Shown piece after piece: positions 61,701 through 64,000 of a stretch of 64,000 bases of DNA. The stretch covers positions 2,666,001 to 2,730,000 of the forward strand of contig JBLDXI010000009.1 of the NCBI GenBank assembly GCA_047495785.1, read 5' to 3'. The stretch comes from Lepidodermella squamata (Eukaryota > Animalia > Gastrotricha). Within the stretch, counting starts at the first letter, position 1. Each line of letters begins with the position of its first letter. The notes beneath the pieces are model-generated. The model was not told the DNA's origin. It ran no database searches and worked only from the letters and a program-made list of their open reading frames with translations. The translations under genes and the position numbers were made by a program.

Positions 61701-64000
61701 TGCCAAATGGGGATCGAGAGTAGCTCTCCATCGTTCCAAACGAAAGTAGAACCACTGTATAATACCATCCCAACCCAGCCATCTTTCAAGCCTTCTTTAA
61801 TCAGCAAATCCTGCACGGCTAAGTTCTCTTCCTGGTTCTTGATACTCGCCAATTCACCGTTGGCGATGCGGCATAGGTCTCTCGCTTGTTCCCAGTTGCC
61901 AAGGCCTTGATATGTCGGTGGCTTTATCACAAAGTATGACTTTTTCGCGTTGACACAATCAGATTTTGTGAGAAATATGCGTTTTTGAGGAACTCGCGCA
62001 GTATCAACGCATGCTGCAAGTAAGCTAACCATAGTCATCATTCAAGCAATAGGAGAAAATTTCTCAACTGTCATAATTGGCTGTACGGCAACTAGCAGCG
62101 GGGTTTCGGCCCGGAATTACACAGCGAACCCATCCAACCTTTCGACAAACAGAATCAGCGATGAAAAATGAAAAAGGATACTGCATACGAAGTTCATGCA
62201 TTCTTCATAATTCCGGTCAAAATATTTCCCTTGATCGAAGACTGCCATCTGCGAAAAAGGTTCTTAATGATACGAGCCAATGTTTGTAGCCTGCTAACCT
62301 CAGTCTCAGTTTGCACGTCGCAAGCGTCGTCAGTGCACCGAAAAGTTCCGTCATTTTTCGCGCAATACCTAGCCAACTATAATGAAGAGAAAAAATCGCC
62401 AATATAGAAAGTTGTATCAAGTTGAACCTACTCCAAGAGAGCAATTATCGAGGCTATCGAAGGCCTTCCCACTGCTCAATTCCGACTGTAATTGAGAGAT
62501 ATAAATTTACATTCTGAAACGCGCGGTGATAACTTACGGAGCCCGACGGGCACCCTGCTGCTTTAGGAACGCATGTCGGGGTTCTTCGATTGGCATCAGT
62601 GCATCGCACCAACTTGACCTGCAATAATCAAACGCATTAGCAAAACTGATAAACTAATGACATCTCAACCCACATTTGGCTTGCAGACCTGTAGAGCCTT
62701 TTCGTAGTTATTTCCCAAGTAAGGAGAGCTATCATAAACTGCCACCTGTATAAGATTTCAAACAAGAATTCCACCGAGCAACTATTCACGTGGGTTTACT
62801 GTGTAGTAATTGTGACAGCCGTAATTTCCTGAAGTCACTACGTATTCATTTGTAGCATTGTTGCGGCAGCAAATAGCAGCCTGCAATGAAAAACATTCTT
62901 AAAAGCGCGATTTCGGTGATATACCCATATTTACCGCCTGTTCGCAGTCATCAACCGTCTGGAAATATTGTAACCGGGTCTCAGGATTGATCGGAGTAAT
63001 CTTCATAGGGGATTGAAACAGATGGTAGTAAGGAATTCGGAGTATAGCTTACTTCGACAGATGGCATCTTCGTGGCGCCGCAGCCCGGTGCAGCCGGTAC
63101 ACAGCCTGAGAACGCCCGAGTGGAAGCGTCAATGCATCGGCTATAAGGTGCTGTGCAATTCATTAGGACACATGATTTGGCTGATTACAAATCAAAACTA
63201 ACTGCAATTAGGAATTAAGCATCGGCTTGTTGAGACAGTGTCGTTGTAACAATAAGGAAACAATTTGCCCTCTGGGTTGCGGCACGCAGCTCCAGACGCT
63301 AGCGGGTCGCCCTTTGGGAAGAGCAGCGGGTCCAGATTAGTCCTCGTCCATGACAAGCATGCCTGGTTACGGGCCGTCCTAGCCATTGAACCTTCGTAAT
63401 CGAAGCCAGAGGACGTAAATGAGCACTCCCTTGTCATAGATGCCACTCTTTGGCTCCCGCAAGTCGCGTAAACAGTCATTTTGAACCCGATTGAAGCTGC
63501 GGCCGGATCTGGGTAAAGCTGCGGGTTGTGGTACAGCATCATCACAGCCCAACTGTTGTCTGTCTGAAACAAACGTCCGGCTCTAATTGTGCTGTTGCAG
63601 ATCCTGAAAAACAACGATGATACAAAATGATTAGCCGAAATATGGGCGAACTTATTCATCGGGTTGGAGAAAGGTTTCGATCTGATCTCCAAGTAACTCC
63701 AGCAGCCAGTGTAGGCTAATAATGACCCGATTTTTGAAGAAATAAGGGAATCAAAATTTGAAATAGCATACGAGCTCCGCCGAGATCGGGCGAGTTCTCC
63801 AGGGCGAAAACCATGCCGGTGCCTTTTGTCGTTACGTTCCAAAAGCAAGCGCCTTTACCGTAAACGCCAGGAGTTATAGAAATTTTAGTTGTCCCGCAGG
63901 GCGGCACATCGACTGTTCCGCCGCAGTTCGGTAACGTTGAATCGGCCAGGCGATCGCAGTACGTGCCAGCGAACCCAGGCGGACAGTTGCACGAGTTGCA
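52783..64000 (-). CDS. Large secreted mosaic protein (5' end outside window): EGF-like, CUB, kringle, Cys-rich modules, five C-type lectin domains
   Basis: CNSCNCPPGFAGTYC (EGF-like), CGG..CFWNV..YLEIR..GFKMTV (CUB), YEG..T..CLSW..CRNPEG..PYCY (kringle), and five CTL domains with G.LA/W.GL/W.DG motifs, two with EPN. Exons join in frame across the transposon-containing intron (FPQ|DGYVRC). Confidence 0.8.
53499..54625 (+). pseudogene. N-terminally truncated, intron-containing DDE transposase fragment
   Basis: VLVVDAGPDW..GLEAMIVAHYAPGYSFRNK|IERRWS resembles the ISAzo13/TP36-type (D)GG..HFPPGTSKWNKIEHR motif. Two GT-AG introns and a C-terminal Cys/His cluster (CEIC..H..H). Confidence 0.65.
54772..57963 (-). 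CDS. LINE ORF2: APE endonuclease plus reverse transcriptase
   Basis: LQE, SVYAP, GDLNG, DYIL; KAPGID, NYRGISLL, QFGF, FIDLEKAYD, GLRQGCPLSP, FADD, YLGS; RTE-like C-terminus RLRYLGH..RGRPRTRW. Confidence 0.93.
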   Translation of the reverse strand: MTCDDDDEDNGEGEGSMKNGKKLPIKRLKRKSKTTLRQSSKIRDENVFKICTINTTTLNRKEEETNSELRLYDAVALQEHCKKGQGRINLRHGTIYYSGVNDGKAQSGAALYVRRCKYIHVIEVKYINERIISARLKVNREMYNIISVYAPANNCTKTLDAFLQVLQQEYARLNSKIGTTIVMGDLNGRIMSTHKSKTVGPYGDNIRNDKGDLWIEFANSNNLCFINTFFPNIGYTWQRGNGKTLRRSFLDYILVDKSEKDKFDVCDVEKVEIKKSIKHHLLRNEEHSSKFNEILASNIANENENPVSIEEKWVNTKSNLLDAARSSCGERKVGKISEKPLWWTPLANKIIQKGKENFKNYTKGHIDRENYTIARNEKNQALERLKIIKDQTEFSELDKLLENPTDYDNIKKFWLEIKKLRGENREKSEPNPLEKEDGSLTSGIEEILEVMKTYFIDLLQGLEKEPNNPDDEILSDKNPNLTEITLTEIKNAIDHMKNGKAPGIDEVRPEMIKALSEANIEWLREILNRAWIDKRVPEEWSTAIITPIYKNKGEKSKCQNYRGISLLSVVGKLYAIILERKLRALIGSKISKLQFGFQPLKGTRDCIYVLRQIIEKIIFFKKELHLVFIDLEKAYDLVDREKVWAALQNMGVEPSLIEAIQSLYKVNKVAVRVDSELSDFFYVTRGLRQGCPLSPLLFIATFNKICEKISAEKLGFPISETANSETAMSETDFLNLLAFADDGTLLGMNHDEISRLLHIFDLACTELGLKINAAKTQYMIISRDESATQNYELELNGKKLEKVTKFKYLGSIITSDGKIDEELNYRISKAGSVFGAMNKFMCNKSQVSIATKLKVLTCVIIPTIIYACESWNISIAQEIRLNTIEYRWLRSIVGVHLMDYIPNIDIRLALCGGLIEVSRIVEKQRLRYLGHIIRSRDYDVEGLIHKIYIWTPPLGWFAPRGRPRTRWINGVHRSLIKVGLTKEIRRKKKTNKKNKVKDKKNKATKKRENRKNPGEKDFEIKIIPDVQLAESVSFEKDEWRMVVNSIENYEFYTKSRILDCGGG
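58033..58893 (-). CDS. LINE ORF1: Gag-like nucleic-acid-binding protein with one CCHC knuckle
   Basis: CFGCFEYGHMRYQC (CX2CX4HX4C), followed by an N/G/Y/R-rich low-complexity tail. Confidence 0.8.
   Translation of the reverse strand: MMAIKLTTANEFATLNSLIEEITDIGLKERFRRSVSLIQTELLVNIAKQHEDSEEEKKRHLVEKIANQDRLEITGLPQENWEEEAKKLIPKNLPRWRLQERKADGTVIIELIDDARRSMERVLAESRSWKGGIRASYVKTGHMRDVNEILAGEKIALENQGLKGIHVRGANLMQGRTKITQYCSIAKQLVPVHEPSEDYQPQPEREKPVGPQCFGCFEYGHMRYQCPNQNNGNGYYRNNFNGFDNNYQQRRPGGNNFRDEYHGNRNNYNGNNYNGNNYGYGRRPNW

Noticed and set aside
62535-62620. Suspected frameshift in the lectin gene
   Set aside because: On re-reading, the exon is in frame (VKLVRCTDANRRTPTCVPKAAGCPSGS).
1-64000. CRISPR arrays, tRNA/rRNA genes, prokaryotic systems, or a specific taxon assignment
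   Set aside because: No such repeats or RNA structures were seen. The DNA is intron-rich and metazoan, but nothing here is diagnostic of a phylum.

Overview
Compact invertebrate (metazoan) nuclear DNA with mostly 45-70 nt introns; the taxon cannot be identified from this window. Positions 1-41.7 kb hold a minus-strand tandem array of 18 divergent Cys-loop (nAChR-like) ligand-gated ion channel subunit genes, here called G1-G18 (G1 runs off the left edge). They fall into five sequence classes (A-E). In transcription order the array reads E-D-D-E-E-D-D-[A-C-B]-[A-C-B-B-B]-(inverted CYP copy)-[C-B]-A. None keeps the canonical acetylcholine-binding aromatic box or the canonical loop C vicinal Cys pair. 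None of the 17 visible M2 segments has the -1' Glu; all carry an ionisable 2' residue instead. The C-to-B spacers are only 38-61 nt and end in splice-acceptor-like sequence, which suggests operons with trans-splicing. To the right lie a divergent nuclear receptor, a degenerate GT7/beta-1,4-galactosyltransferase-like gene, and a CYP3-clan P450 cluster (two genes, one pseudogene, and one inverted copy displaced into the receptor array). The window ends with a secreted EGF-CUB-kringle-multi-C-type-lectin gene. One of its introns carries a Zator-like DNA transposon (TAA TSD), which in turn holds a full-length RTE-like LINE (12-bp TSD) whose ORF1 and ORF2 are in frame across one TAG. Best candidate for a new system: a modular, possibly polycistronic array of heteromeric, non-cholinergic (putatively chemosensory) pentameric channels next to xenobiotic-metabolism genes. 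Exon structures were read by eye and need RNA-seq confirmation.
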